Shown: positions 26,736 through 37,600, counted from the first letter of the stretch. The stretch: 64,000 bases of DNA from an uncultured Olsenella sp. (GCA_900540955.1 UQIF01000001.1:105439-169438), one strand, 5' to 3'. Notes: generated by a model from the sequence alone, not told the origin. A program made the numbers and translations.

Positions 26736-26769
26736 TATAAACGTTATATAAACGTAATATAAACGTTTT
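26736..26769. repeat. triple direct repeat TATAAACGT (candidate operator)
   Basis: tataaacgt-ta-tataaacgt-aa-tataaacgt-ttt, an AT-rich island in GC-rich DNA ~70 nt upstream of the Fe-ADH start. Each unit contains the palindrome AACGTT. Confidence 0.55.
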
Positions 26770-26793
26770 GCGCTGGGTAAAATATCCTCCGTG

Positions 26794-26818
26794 GGCCGAC
26801 AGCGGGTCGGCCTTTTTT
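26794..26818 (+). terminator. hairpin + T-tract (terminator/attenuator) immediately upstream of ADH RBS
   Basis: GGCCGAC-agcgg-GTCGGCC followed by TTTTTT. Confidence 0.45.
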
Positions 26819-26839
26819 CCGAGCAACGGAGGAATCGGC

Positions 26840-28006
26840 ATGGCTAATCGTTTTGTCCTCAACACCGTCAGCTATCACGGTAAGGGCGCCATCAAGGAGA
26901 TCCCGGGCGAGATTACCCGTCGCGGCTACAAGAAGGTCTTCGTCTGTTCCGACCCCGACCTCGTCAAGTTCGGCGTGACCTCCAAGGTCACCGACGAGCT
27001 CGACGCCGCCGGCATCGCCTGGTCCCTCTACTCCGAGATCAAGCCCAACCCCACCATCAAGAACGTTCAGGACGGCGTCGAGGCGTTCAAGGCGGCCGAG
27101 GCCGACTGCATCGTGACCATCGGCGGCGGCTCCTCCATGGACACCGCCAAGGCCATCGGCATCATCATCGAGAACCCCGAGTTCGCCGACGTGCGTTCCC
27201 TCGAGGGCGTCGCCCCCACCAAGAACCACGCGGTCTTCACCATCGCCGTGCCCACCACCGCCGGCACCGCTGCCGAGGTCACTATTAACTACGTGATCAC
27301 CGACCCCGAGAAGGTCCGCAAGTTCGTCTGCGTCGACACCAACGACATCCCCGAGGTCGCCGTCGTCGACCCTGACATGATGGCCTCCATGCCCGCCGGC
27401 CTCACCGCCGCCACCGGCATGGACGCGCTCACCCACGCCATCGAGGGCTACACCACCAAGGGCGCCTGGGAGCTCTCCGACATGTTCCACTTCAAGGCCA
27501 TCGAGCTCATCTCCAAGAACCTCCGCGACTCCGTCGCCGAGGCGAAGAGCGGCGTTCCGGCCTCCGGCCGCGAGGGCATGGCGCTCGGCCAGTACATCGC
27601 CGGCATGGGCTTCTCCAACGTCGGCCTCGGCATCGACCACGCCATGGCCCACACGCTTTCCGCCCACTACGACACCCCGCACGGCGTCGCTTGCGCCATG
27701 CTGCTCCCGATTGCGATGGAGTTCAACAAGCCCGTCGTGACCAAGCGTCTGGCTGAGGTCGCCGTCGCCATGGGCGTCGACACCACCGGCATGAGCGAGG
27801 ACGAGGCTGCCGACGCCGCCATCGCCGCCGTCAAGCAGCTCTCCGAAGACGTGCAGATCCCGCACGTCTGCGAGGCCATGAAGGCCGACGAGATCGAGGT
27901 CCTGGCCAAGGACGCCATGGCCGACGCCTGCTTCCCGGGCAACCCGCGCGAGGCCACGCTCGACGACGTCATCGAGCTCTTCAAGAAGATCTGCCCCTCC
28001 GCGTAG
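26840..28006 (+). CDS. iron-containing alcohol dehydrogenase (FucO/lactaldehyde reductase-like)
   Basis: MANRFVLNTVSYHGKGAIKEIPG. Motifs GGGSSMDTAKA and the His cluster GLGIDHAMAHTLSAHYDTPHGVACAML. Confidence 0.85.
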   Translation: MANRFVLNTVSYHGKGAIKEIPGEITRRGYKKVFVCSDPDLVKFGVTSKVTDELDAAGIAWSLYSEIKPNPTIKNVQDGVEAFKAAEADCIVTIGGGSSMDTAKAIGIIIENPEFADVRSLEGVAPTKNHAVFTIAVPTTAGTAAEVTINYVITDPEKVRKFVCVDTNDIPEVAVVDPDMMASMPAGLTAATGMDALTHAIEGYTTKGAWELSDMFHFKAIELISKNLRDSVAEAKSGVPASGREGMALGQYIAGMGFSNVGLGIDHAMAHTLSAHYDTPHGVACAMLLPIAMEFNKPVVTKRLAEVAVAMGVDTTGMSEDEAADAAIAAVKQLSEDVQIPHVCEAMKADEIEVLAKDAMADACFPGNPREATLDDVIELFKKICPSA

Positions 28007-28116
28007 CCTGGCGTGAACAGCGTGAACAGGGGACGTACCCTGTTCACGCGTCCCCTGTTCACGTTCACGCGAAGAGGTGGCATCTTGCTCGCCGACTTGG
28101 CACAATAGACTGGCGT

Positions 28117-28158
28117 GCCCGGCTCCGCCTATGTGCGCGGGCCGGGCATTTCTTTTTT
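28117..28158 (+). terminator. intrinsic terminator downstream of ADH
   Basis: GCCCGGC-(17 nt)-GCCGGGC followed by atttcTTTTTT. It is preceded (28020-28075) by a complex palindrome GTGAACAGGGGACG / CGTCCCCTGTTCAC. Confidence 0.45.
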
Positions 28159-28188
28159 CCTCAGCTCAAATCACAGAAGGGCGTGTCC

Positions 28189-29208
28189 ATGGATTCCGTG
28201 GTCGACTACATAACCGAACAGCTCAGTGAGCTCACCTCCATTCCCAGCCCCACCGGCTTCACCTCTAGGGTGACCGCGTACGTCTCGAGGACGCTCGAGG
28301 GCATGGGCTTTGCGCCCGAGCTCTCCAACAAGGGCAACGTGCTCGTGGAACTCGGCGGCGAGGGCAGGCCGCTCGTGCTCGCCAGCCACGTCGACACGCT
28401 CGGCGCCATGGTCCGCTCCGTCAAGGACAACGGCCGCCTGCGTCCCACCACGCTCGGCGGCCACCAGTGGTCGACCGCCGACGGGGAGAACTGCACGGTG
28501 CACACGCGCGACGGCCGCGTCTACACGGGCGTCGTCTTGAACACCGAGCCCTCGATCCACGTCGCCGACGAGAAGGTCGAGCAGGTCGAGAAGAACATGG
28601 AGATCCTGCTCGACGAGAACGTCGACACAAAGAAGGGCGTGGCAGAGCTCGGCGTCCAGACGGGCGACATCATCGCCATGGACCCGCGCACAACCGTTAC
28701 CCCGAGCGGCTACATCAAGAGTCGCTTTCTGGACGACAAGCTTTCCGCCGCCATTCTTCTGGGCCTTGCGCGTGAGGTATCTGAGGGCAGGGTCTCGCTC
28801 GCCCGCAAGGTCTATCTTCTCTTCACCGTCTATGAGGAGGTCGGGCACGGCGGCGCCTTCGTGCCCGCGGACACGCTCGATATGCTGAGCGTGGACATGG
28901 GCTGCGTCGGCGACGACCTCGGCTGCACCGAGCGCATGGTCTCCATCTGCGCCAAGGACTCGGGCGGCCCGTACAACTACGACCTGGTGAGCGAGCTCGC
29001 CTCCATCGCCCGCGAGCTTGAGCTCGGCTACGCCATCGACGTGTACCCGCACTACAGCTCCGACGTCGAGGCGACACTGTGCGCCGGCTACGATATCCGC
29101 CACGGCCTCATCGGCCCGGGCGTTTATGCGAGCCACAACTACGAGCGCTCCCACGTGGATGGCGTTCGCAATACTTTCGAGCTTGTCCGCGCTTTCGTGG
29201 GCCGATAA
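28189..29208 (+). CDS. M42-family aminopeptidase (FrvX/glutamyl aminopeptidase-like)
   Basis: MDSVVDYITEQLSELTSIPSPTGF... with the M42 motif LASHVDTLGAMV. RBS GAAGGG. Confidence 0.8.
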   Translation: MDSVVDYITEQLSELTSIPSPTGFTSRVTAYVSRTLEGMGFAPELSNKGNVLVELGGEGRPLVLASHVDTLGAMVRSVKDNGRLRPTTLGGHQWSTADGENCTVHTRDGRVYTGVVLNTEPSIHVADEKVEQVEKNMEILLDENVDTKKGVAELGVQTGDIIAMDPRTTVTPSGYIKSRFLDDKLSAAILLGLAREVSEGRVSLARKVYLLFTVYEEVGHGGAFVPADTLDMLSVDMGCVGDDLGCTERMVSICAKDSGGPYNYDLVSELASIARELELGYAIDVYPHYSSDVEATLCAGYDIRHGLIGPGVYASHNYERSHVDGVRNTFELVRAFVGR

Positions 29209-29265
29209 GGGACTTGATGCTTTGCGGCCCGCGGTGACGACCCCGGGCCGGGGAGGAGGGGCGCC

Positions 29266-30444
29266 ATGGCCGACGTGAGGGACTATCTCGAGATGCGCGC
29301 AGACGTCTTGCTGGGCGAGCGCTCCTTCAACGACGTCGACAACGTCATACTGGCGAGCCTGTCATACCTCGATCTGCACGGGATCGCGGACGTAAGCGGC
29401 GTCGCGAGGCTGAGCGTGCGCAAGGCCTGCGAGGCGTTCCTTAGGCGCGCGGCGGGGGAGGGCGTCGCGCCGTGGGTCCGCTCGCTCGCCTCCATCGACG
29501 ACCGCTTCGTTCGCGCGCTTGGCGACTCTGCGCGCTTCGGCTGCGCCATGGTGCGCGACTACGTCGACGTCACTGATGACGAGCGGACGCTCCAGTTCGC
29601 CGCCTTGACCGTCGACTTGCCCGACGGGTGCTCATACGTGTCGTTTCGCGGGACCGACAACAGCCTCGTCGGCTGGAAAGAGGACTTCATGCTGAGCTTC
29701 CGGGTGACGGGGGCCCAGCGCTCTGCCGCGGCCTATCTTGAGCGGGAGGCCGCGCGCGCCGTCGCGGAGGGTCGCCGGCTCTACGTCGGCGGCCATTCGA
29801 AGGGCGGCATTCTCGCGGCGTATGCGGCTACAGTGCTGCCGGAACGGCTTCGCCCCTGCTTGGTGCGCGTGTGGAGCAACGACGGCCCCGGTATGTGGGC
29901 AGGCGCCGCGCCCGCCCGCGCCGTCGAGGTGCTCGGGGGCGCGTTCACCCACATCATTCCCGCCTACGACATCGTCGGCATGCTCTTCGACGACGGGTCG
30001 AGGAAGCTCGTCGTGAGGAGCTCTGCCGACGGGGCGCTTCAGCACGACCCGATGACCTGGCAGGTCGGGCCTGGCGGGCTTGTGAAGGCGGAAGGGCTCG
30101 ACCCGGATTGCGTGCGCATGAACGCCGCGCTCGCCGGCTGGCTCGACAGCATGGACCCCGACGCGCGCGAGCGGTTCACGGAAGAGCTCTTCGATGTGCT
30201 CCAGGCGGGCGGCGCCTCGCGCCTGGACGAGATCTTGGCGAGTCCCCAGTCCATCCAGAAGGTGCTTTCGGCGCTCACTGCCGCCGACCAGCGCACGAAG
30301 GACCTGGTGCGCGAGCTTTTGGGCGCGACCATCACCGCCAACGTGGAGTCTGCCAAGGACGCCGTGGCCAACGCCCTTGCGAGGCCCGCCGGCTGGGGAC
30401 TTGGGGGCAACCGGCTTTGGCCTGGCCAGCAGACCGGTCAGTAA
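29266..30444 (+). CDS. DUF2974 / Mbeg1-like alpha/beta-hydrolase (lipase-like)
   Basis: 392 aa with lipase-type nucleophile elbow GGHSKGG and preceding FRGTDNSLVGWKEDF. Confidence 0.7.
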   Translation: MADVRDYLEMRADVLLGERSFNDVDNVILASLSYLDLHGIADVSGVARLSVRKACEAFLRRAAGEGVAPWVRSLASIDDRFVRALGDSARFGCAMVRDYVDVTDDERTLQFAALTVDLPDGCSYVSFRGTDNSLVGWKEDFMLSFRVTGAQRSAAAYLEREAARAVAEGRRLYVGGHSKGGILAAYAATVLPERLRPCLVRVWSNDGPGMWAGAAPARAVEVLGGAFTHIIPAYDIVGMLFDDGSRKLVVRSSADGALQHDPMTWQVGPGGLVKAEGLDPDCVRMNAALAGWLDSMDPDARERFTEELFDVLQAGGASRLDEILASPQSIQKVLSALTAADQRTKDLVRELLGATITANVESAKDAVANALARPAGWGLGGNRLWPGQQTGQ

Positions 30445-30557
30445 CCGCTCGGGCGGGGCGTTTGCGGGGCTCGTGTATTTTCCCCGTCGCGGTAGACGAG
30501 GCCGGCTTCGGGGTAGGCTGGAAAACAGTACACGTGAACCCAGATTAAGGAGTGGTC

Positions 30558-30914
30558 ATGGGATTTATCGGAAGCTGGCTCTCCACGGCGATCGCGACGG
30601 CCGTCGCGATTTGGGTCGTCCCGGGCATCGAGGCCGTCGGGGGCTCGTGGGCTGCGCCCATCTTCACGGCGCTCGTGCTCGGTATCCTGAACGCCACCGT
30701 CAAGCCCGTGCTCAAGGTGCTTTCTTTCCCGGTCACGGTGCTCACGCTTGGGATTTTCAGCCTCGTCGTCAACGCCGTCGTGCTGGAGCTCGCGAGCTTC
30801 TTCTCCCGCAACATATTCCATGCGGGCGTCTACGTAAGCGGCTTCGGGGCCGCCGTCCTCGGCGCCGTCGTCATCAGCGTCGTGGGTACGCTCGTCAGCG
30901 GGGCGATCAACTAG
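30558..30914 (+). CDS. phage-holin-4_2 / YvlD-like small membrane protein
   Basis: 118 aa, 4 TM: MGFIGSWLSTAIATAVAIWVVPGIEAVGG... RBS AAGGAG. Confidence 0.65.
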   Translation: MGFIGSWLSTAIATAVAIWVVPGIEAVGGSWAAPIFTALVLGILNATVKPVLKVLSFPVTVLTLGIFSLVVNAVVLELASFFSRNIFHAGVYVSGFGAAVLGAVVISVVGTLVSGAIN

Positions 30915-31029
30915 ATTTTTCATGCAGCTCCTCGGCGCGGGGCGCTCCTGGAAAAACGGGGGCGCCCCGCTTCGCTTTATTGCGCTAAAGTGTCTGTGTG
31001 GCAACGACGCGTAAATAGAGGGGACGCAT

Positions 31030-31320
31030 ATGACGAAGACCGAGGAACACAGGCTCTACGCGGCCCTTCGCTCGCTCAAGACCGATGAAGAGGCCGCGGC
31101 GTTTCTCGGCGACCTCTGCACCCCGCGCGAGATAGACGACCTCTCGCAGCGCCTTGAGGTCGCCCTGATGCTCGACGAGGGCAGCTCCTATGCCGATGTC
31201 TCTCGGACAACGGGGGCTTCTTCCACGACGGTGAGCCGCGTCTCCAAGTGCCTGAACGGACAAAGGGGCGGCTATCGCCTTGTGCTCGAGAGGCTGAGGG
31301 GCGCCGCGGGCACGGACTAA
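31030..31320 (+). CDS. YerC/YecD-family TrpR-like DNA-binding protein
   Basis: 96 aa MTKTEEHRLYAALRSLKTDEEAAAFLGDLCTPREIDDLSQRLEVALMLDEGSSYADVSRTTGASSTTVSRV, a TrpR-like HTH. Confidence 0.7.
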   Translation: MTKTEEHRLYAALRSLKTDEEAAAFLGDLCTPREIDDLSQRLEVALMLDEGSSYADVSRTTGASSTTVSRVSKCLNGQRGGYRLVLERLRGAAGTD

Positions 31321-31399
31321 GGTTTGTTGTCCCGACCCTGTCGTACTATCTAACAAGAAGAAACAACATCGTCGCCGCCTGTGCGGCTAAGGGGAATCC

Positions 31400-34300
31400 A
31401 TGGCCCTCCATATCGTGAAGACCGGTCGGGAAGACGTCGTCTCTCCCGCCGCCGTCGGCGCTCTGCGCCAAGCCTTGCGGCACGGTGGCCGCTCTGTGCT
31501 CCTGGCACCGTCGTTCGAGCGCGCCCTGGACGCCCAACGCGTGCTTGCCGGCATCGAGGGGCTCGGGCTTGGGGTCCAGACCACGACGCCGCTCGCCTGG
31601 GCCGGGGAGCGCTGGGGCGTCTGGGGCGACGGCCGGCGCATCGTGGACGGGCTTGCCCGTGAGGCGCTCTGCCTGCGCGTCGTCGCCCGCGCCGCGGCTC
31701 GGGAGGGCTCTCTTGTAAAGAACAACCCCGGTACGAGGTCTTTGCTGTCCGGGCTCGTCTCGCGCGGGCTGTCCTCGCTGCGCGGCGACGGCCGACCCGA
31801 GGGGCTGACGGACGCCGAGGTCGCGGTGGCCTTGCTTGCCCGAGACTACGACGCCGAGCTCGCGGGTCTTGGCCTCGTGGAGGCGTGCGACGTCATGGAG
31901 CTTCTTCCCGGGGTGCTCCCTCAGGGCGGCGGAGCCCAGATGGTGGCCGTCGGGCTTGAGGACGCTCCCGCCTGTCAGCTCCGGCTCCTTGCCCGCCTCT
32001 CGCTCGACCGAGAGGTCACGGTTGTCCTGCGCGCGCTCGACGCGCCGGCGTCGGAGCCGGGGCGCGAGGCCGTCCGCGAGCTGATCGACCTTGCCAAGAG
32101 CGAGGGGGCGCCCCTCGATGTGGCAGAGGAGCGGGGCTGCGAGAAGCCTGGCCGCCCTGCCGAGCTCTCCGCCCTCGCGTCGTCGCTCTTTGTCCGCACG
32201 GATAGCCCGCTCCCCGCGTCCGGCGCCGTGCGCGTCGTCCTGCCCGCGGGGCCCTCGGCGGAGCTCGCCGCGATCGCCGAGGAGGTCAGTGCCCTCGCGC
32301 AGGCCGGCTCGCGCTCCGTCACCGTGGCAGCGCCCGACGTCGCCTCCGTTTGGCGCGGGCTCGCGGGAAGGCTCGCGGCGCGGGGAATCTCGTCCCGCGC
32401 TCGCCTGCGCGTCCCCGTGCGATCGACCGAGTCGGGACGCGCCCTGCTCGAGCTTGTGGACGGCGTCTCGTCGCTGGCGGAGCTCGCCGCCGAGTGGCCC
32501 GCGCCTCGCCGGCTGCCCAACCGCGATGTTCGAGTCGAACTCCGCGACATGTCCTGGTGGCCCCCGATGGGGCTCTCCGATTTCCTCGCGTCGAGGATCT
32601 CGGGCGTCGACGCCGCCCGGGCCCGGGCCCTCGATGCCCAGTGGAGATCCAACCGACTGCTCACGCCCGCCGCGGTTCTGGAGCAGCTCCAGAACGAGCG
32701 CTCCACCTCCGCGGCGTGCGCCGCCGCCGTGCGCGAGCTTTTGCGCGGGCGGGTGGGCTCGTGCGCCTCGAAGCTCCTCGCCCCCATCGTGGAGGGCGGA
32801 AAGAAGGACGATTCCTCGCTCGAGGCCGTGGCCGTCCTCGGGCAGGCGCTCTCGGTCGGCATGTCGCTCAAGGAATGCGGCTACTCCGCCGAGGACGCCT
32901 GCGGAGACATCTCGGCCCTGCGTGAGCTTTGGTCCGCCGCGTCCGCCCTTCTTTCCAGCTCCAGCGTCTCTCTTCGCCCCGAGCGGGTCGTCGAGGGGTC
33001 CGCGTGCGTGGCCACGGTGCTTCCCGCCGCGTCTTTCGAGGCGGCCCCGCTCTCCTGCGACGCCATCGTGCTGTGCGGCCAGACTTCCGTGGAGTCCCCC
33101 GTGTCCGCCTCCGACGACGTGCTCCACGCGATGCTTTGCGCTTACGGCGTCGAGCGTCCGAGGTCCGCCATGGCGGCCGCCCGCGCGCGTCTCGACGCAG
33201 CCGTCCGCGCCGCCCGCCGGTCGGTGTCGTTCGAGCGTTGTCTCTTTTCCGCCGACTCGAAGGAGTGCTTCTGCGGCGTGATGATGTCCGAGGCGCTTGC
33301 CTGCTACGGCCTTTCGGCCTCCGCCCCCGCCGACAAGGTGTCGCGGGTGCTCGGCGAGAGATCCGTTCCTTTGCGCGGTGAGCTCCAGATCTCCGAGAAC
33401 GCCGCCGACGCGGGAGCCTCCCCGCGGACCGAGGGCGGGTGCCGGCCGTCGCCCGCGGGACGCATCGACACCGCCCTCGCCTCCTGCGTCATGCCCCCGC
33501 AGGAGGGGACGGCCTCCGGCCTGCCGCTTCTCTCGGCATCCCAGATCGAGACCTACCTGGAATGCCCCTACAAATGGTTCAGCCTCCGTCGCCTTCGCCT
33601 CCATGACGCGGACGCGGGCTTCGGGGGCGCGGAGGCGGGCACCTTCGCGCACCGCGTCCTCGAGGTGACCCACCGCAATCTCCTCGCATCGGCTCTGGCC
33701 AGGGCGGAGGGCTCCGACGCGCTCTTTCGCATCGAGGCGGAGGACCCCGAGGGAATGCAGTCCGAGGCCTACGTCGCCGAGGCCGAGCGGCTCGTCGCTC
33801 TGGCGCAGGCGGACCCGAGCACAAGGGTCGAGGGCTCGAGGGTCGACGCCTCCACCCTGGACGCCGCCCGCGCGCTCCTTTCCAAGGAGTTCGACGGGCA
33901 TCTATCCCATCAATACCAGCTCAAGCGCGGCAAACGGCCGATGCCGCAGGCGCTTGTCCCGCACACGTCTGCCGAGGAAGGCAGCCTCGTGTCCTTGAGG
34001 CGCGACCTCGAGAGCCTTCTGGGCTACGAGTCCGAGATCCTCGCTGGATTCGAGCCGCGCTGCTTCGAGTGGAGCTTCGGCAAGCGGGGCGCCTACGTCG
34101 AGTACGCCGGCGTGCAGCTCACGGGCACGGTTGACCGCATCGACGTCGACGCCCACGGGCAGGCGGCCGTCATCGACTACAAGCATAAGGGCGCCCGCGG
34201 GTTCGCGTCGGAGTACGACGCCTTCGGCGAGGGCGGGGCGGCAGCGGCCATGGGCGAGGGCGGGCTCATCCTCCCCAGGCGCGTGCAGTCGCTCATCTAC

Positions 34301-34654
34301 GGCCAGGTGGTCAGGCGCGCCTTCCCGCAGCTCAAGGTGGTCTCGGCGGTTTATCTGTGCACAAAGGCGCCCCATGAGCTCGCAGGCGCCGTGGACGCCG
34401 AGGCTGCGGACAACGTCTTCGGCATGCGACCGCTCTCTTCGAGGAGGCTGCCGAAGGTCGAGGTCCCGCGCTCGGTGCGCTTCGGCGACTCCGCCGGCTC
34501 GCTCGGCATCGAGTCTTTACTCGATGCCTGCGAGGAGGCTATCGCCGCCAAGCTCGAGCGCATGATGTCCGGCGACATCGAGGCCGACCCCGTCGACGCC
34601 CACGCCTGCGACTACTGCCCGGTGCTCAACTGCGACAAGAGGTGCTCCAAGTGA
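31400..34654 (+). CDS. addB: AddB/RexB-type helicase-nuclease subunit (degenerate helicase N-terminus, C-terminal PD-(D/E)xK nuclease with Fe-S Cys cluster)
   Basis: 1084 aa. Nuclease motif VIDYKHKG. Terminal CDYCPVLNCDKRC cluster with an upstream Cys. Translationally coupled (GTGA) to the UvrD-like addA. Confidence 0.7.
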   Translation: MALHIVKTGREDVVSPAAVGALRQALRHGGRSVLLAPSFERALDAQRVLAGIEGLGLGVQTTTPLAWAGERWGVWGDGRRIVDGLAREALCLRVVARAAAREGSLVKNNPGTRSLLSGLVSRGLSSLRGDGRPEGLTDAEVAVALLARDYDAELAGLGLVEACDVMELLPGVLPQGGGAQMVAVGLEDAPACQLRLLARLSLDREVTVVLRALDAPASEPGREAVRELIDLAKSEGAPLDVAEERGCEKPGRPAELSALASSLFVRTDSPLPASGAVRVVLPAGPSAELAAIAEEVSALAQAGSRSVTVAAPDVASVWRGLAGRLAARGISSRARLRVPVRSTESGRALLELVDGVSSLAELAAEWPAPRRLPNRDVRVELRDMSWWPPMGLSDFLASRISGVDAARARALDAQWRSNRLLTPAAVLEQLQNERSTSAACAAAVRELLRGRVGSCASKLLAPIVEGGKKDDSSLEAVAVLGQALSVGMSLKECGYSAEDACGDISALRELWSAASALLSSSSVSLRPERVVEGSACVATVLPAASFEAAPLSCDAIVLCGQTSVESPVSASDDVLHAMLCAYGVERPRSAMAAARARLDAAVRAARRSVSFERCLFSADSKECFCGVMMSEALACYGLSASAPADKVSRVLGERSVPLRGELQISENAADAGASPRTEGGCRPSPAGRIDTALASCVMPPQEGTASGLPLLSASQIETYLECPYKWFSLRRLRLHDADAGFGGAEAGTFAHRVLEVTHRNLLASALARAEGSDALFRIEAEDPEGMQSEAYVAEAERLVALAQADPSTRVEGSRVDASTLDAARALLSKEFDGHLSHQYQLKRGKRPMPQALVPHTSAEEGSLVSLRRDLESLLGYESEILAGFEPRCFEWSFGKRGAYVEYAGVQLTGTVDRIDVDAHGQAAVIDYKHKGARGFASEYDAFGEGGAAAAMGEGGLILPRRVQSLIYGQVVRRAFPQLKVVSAVYLCTKAPHELAGAVDAEAADNVFGMRPLSSRRLPKVEVPRSVRFGDSAGSLGIESLLDACEEAIAAKLERMMSGDIEADPVDAHACDYCPVLNCDKRCSK

Positions 34655-37600
34655 CGAATTCCGGCAATGCCCCGCTGGTCGACCTCTCCGGCTTGAACGC
34701 TGGCCAGAGAAAGATCGCCGAGACCCTCGACGCGCCCCTCTTCGTTGAGGCGGGCGCGGGTTCCGGCAAGACCTTTACCCTTACCCAACGCGTCGCGTGG
34801 GCGCTGTGCCCCGGGTCGGGGGAGGGCGGAAAGCCCTTCCTCGACGACCTCGGCCAGGTCCTCGTCATCACCTTCACCGAGGCGGCCGCGCGAGAGATCC
34901 GCGAGCGCGTGCGCTCTACGCTGCGACGCGTCGGGCTCCAGGAGGCGTCGCTTGCCGTCGACGACGCGTGGATCTCGACGATTCACGGCATGTGCTCGAA
35001 GATCCTGCATCGACACGCGCTCGACCTGGGGCTCGATCCCGAGTTCAGGGTGGTGTCAGGCTCAGAGCAGAACCGGATGTACCTTCAGGCGATGGACGCC
35101 GTCATGCGGGCGGCCGCCGGAGACGCGGGCCTCACCGCCGCGATCGCCGCCGCCGGCGTGGGCTCCTGGTCTGCTGAGAGCGGTTTTTCCGGCGCCATGG
35201 GCATCGTTGACGGGGTCATCGCCGCCGCGCGCGCGGTTCCCGGCGGCCTCGCCGCGATCGCCGCCGCCCGCCCGGCGGCGGGAGCCGACGTCGATCACTT
35301 GATGCGCGAGCTTCTTATGCGCTGCGAGGAGCTGGGCGCCGAGAGACTCACCGCCGCCGCGGCGGCGAAGGTCGGCCCTTCGCTCGAGGCCCTCCGGGCA
35401 TTCGACGCGCTCGCGCCCGGCGCAAAGACCCCTGATGCCGCGGCCGAGGCGCTCAAGGCCGTGTCGATGCCTCGGTCGAGCAAGGCCATTGCCGACAAGC
35501 TCGCCGACGCCAAGTCGGCGCTCGCCGCAGCACGGGCCGAGGTGCTCTTCCTTTCCGGCGCCGAGCACGCGGGCGCCTACCTCGAGCTCGCCCGCCGCGT
35601 CGACGCGGAATACACGCGCGTGAAGCGCGAGGCCTCTGCCTGCGACAACGATGACCTCGTCGCCCTCGCCTACGCCGCGGTACGCGATGTCGACGCCGTG
35701 AGGGCGGACTACGCGGGCAGATTCCGCCTCGTCATGGTCGACGAGTTCCAGGACACCGACGAGACCCAGCTTGCCTTGATCGGGCTTCTTGCCGGCGAGG
35801 GCGCGAGGCATCTGTGCACCGTCGGCGATGCCCAGCAGTCCATCTACCGCTTCCGCGGGGCAGACGTCGGGGTCTTCTACCGCCGCGGGGAGGATGTCCT
35901 CGACGAGGGCAGGGTCCGGCTCGACACGAACTACCGCAGCCATGGCGATATCCTCAAGTTCGTCGAGCGCGTGAGCCGCGGCAACGCCGGGCCCGGGCTG
36001 GGCCTCGGCGGCGGGTGCTCGGGGACCATGGAGGCGGGCGCGTTCATGCACCTCGACGATTGCCCCACGCGTAAGGACGCCTACCGGGCGCGCAGCCTGC
36101 CCCGCGTCGACGTCGAGGTGGTCTGCGGCAAGGGGGCCTCCGGCTACGCGACAAAGCAGCAGGTTGCCACCATGGCCTCGCAGATAGCCGACGCGCTCGC
36201 CCGATACCGCGACGCCGGGGAGCGCCCCGGGGACATGGCGCTTCTGCTCGGCGTCACCTCGAACGCCGGGCTCTACATAGACGCCCTGCGCGCCCGAGGC
36301 CTCGAGTGCGTGGTCACGGGCGGCTCGACCTTCACGAAGGCTCCCGAGGTCAAGGTCATGTGCGCGCTGCTGCACACGCTCGCTAACCCCGCCGACACCC
36401 AGTCCGGGCTCTTCCCACTGCTCGCGAGCGAGATGTTCGCGCTCGACGCCGACGACTTCTGCGAGCTCGGCACGCGCCTGCAGGAGAAGCTCCCCGCGCC
36501 CACAAAGAGGCCCATCGACCAGGGCCTGGCCGCGTTCGAGTTCCTTCCCGGGCACGTTCCCTCCGCCAGGCTCTCCCGTGCCCGCGAGGTCGTCGCCCGC
36601 GCGCTCGTGGACGTGGCGCGCGAGCCCGTGGCAGACGTCTGCTACCGGGTCGCGCGCGACTCCGGCTGGCTCGCGCGCCTCGAGGCCGGCGGGACCCAGG
36701 GGCAGGCCAAGGCCGCCAACGTGCTCGCCTCTATACGCTATATCCGGGACCTCACGCGGTCGCTCGGCCTCGGGCCGGCGCGCGCCGCCGCGGAGTTCGA
36801 CCTGTGGCTCGCCGCCTCGAAGATCGCCCCGGCGTCGCTTGCCGGCGGCGAGTCCGGCGCCGGCACGGTCCGCATCATGACCATCCACGCGTCCAAGGGC
36901 CTCGAGTTTCCCGTCACGGCCGTCGCGGAGTGCTGGAACGACCCGAGGGACTCCCGCGCGCTGGCCGTCGCCCCGGGCAACCCCGCCGCCCTCGTCGTCA
37001 AGCCTGCCGGCCTCGACGACGCCGACGCGAGGGCCCTCGCGTCGGCGCTCAAGGGCATCGACGCCGACGACGCCCTCGATGACCTCGAGTCCGGCCGTGC
37101 GCAGCCGCTCTCGTCACTTTTCGTCGCGCTCGGCGAGAAGGACGCCCGAGAGGCGGCGCAGGAGAAGGCGCGCCTGCTCTACGTCGCGATGACGCGCGCC
37201 CGCGAGGCCCTCATCCTCGGCGTGAGCGCCGCGGAGGGTTCTTCCGGCGTCTCCTCGACGATGGCCGCCAACGCGCTCTTCGCGCTCTTCGGCTCGGCCG
37301 CGGCCCCCTCCTGCGGGCTCTCCTGCATCGACTACGGCGGCGAGGCGCCGGCGCGCGTCCGCTGCGTCCGCGTCCAGATCGAGGGGAAGGGGGAGGAGAG
37401 GGCCTGCCTCGCCGACTCCGCCGGCTCCCTCGAGGGGTTCGACGGGCCGATCCCGCTCGACCCCTCCGCCATCGTCGGCGCCGCCGATTCCGGCGGGAAG
37501 GGCGAGGCCGCGGGCGGTGAGTTCGAGCTCTTCGAGGTCGAGCCCGACGCGGACGCGACCTTCGGGTTGTGGCGCGCCCGGGAGGGCGTCTACAGCTACA

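Noticed and set aside
26736-26769. TATAAACGT repeats as a CRISPR array.
   Set aside because: Repeats are only 9 bp with 2-nt spacers. No cas genes. Consistent with an operator array, not CRISPR.
31346-33901. 851-aa antisense ORF across addB; also 32091-33281 and others.
   Set aside because: Off-frame Arg/Gly-rich translations. The sense AddB has a nuclease motif and Fe-S cluster.
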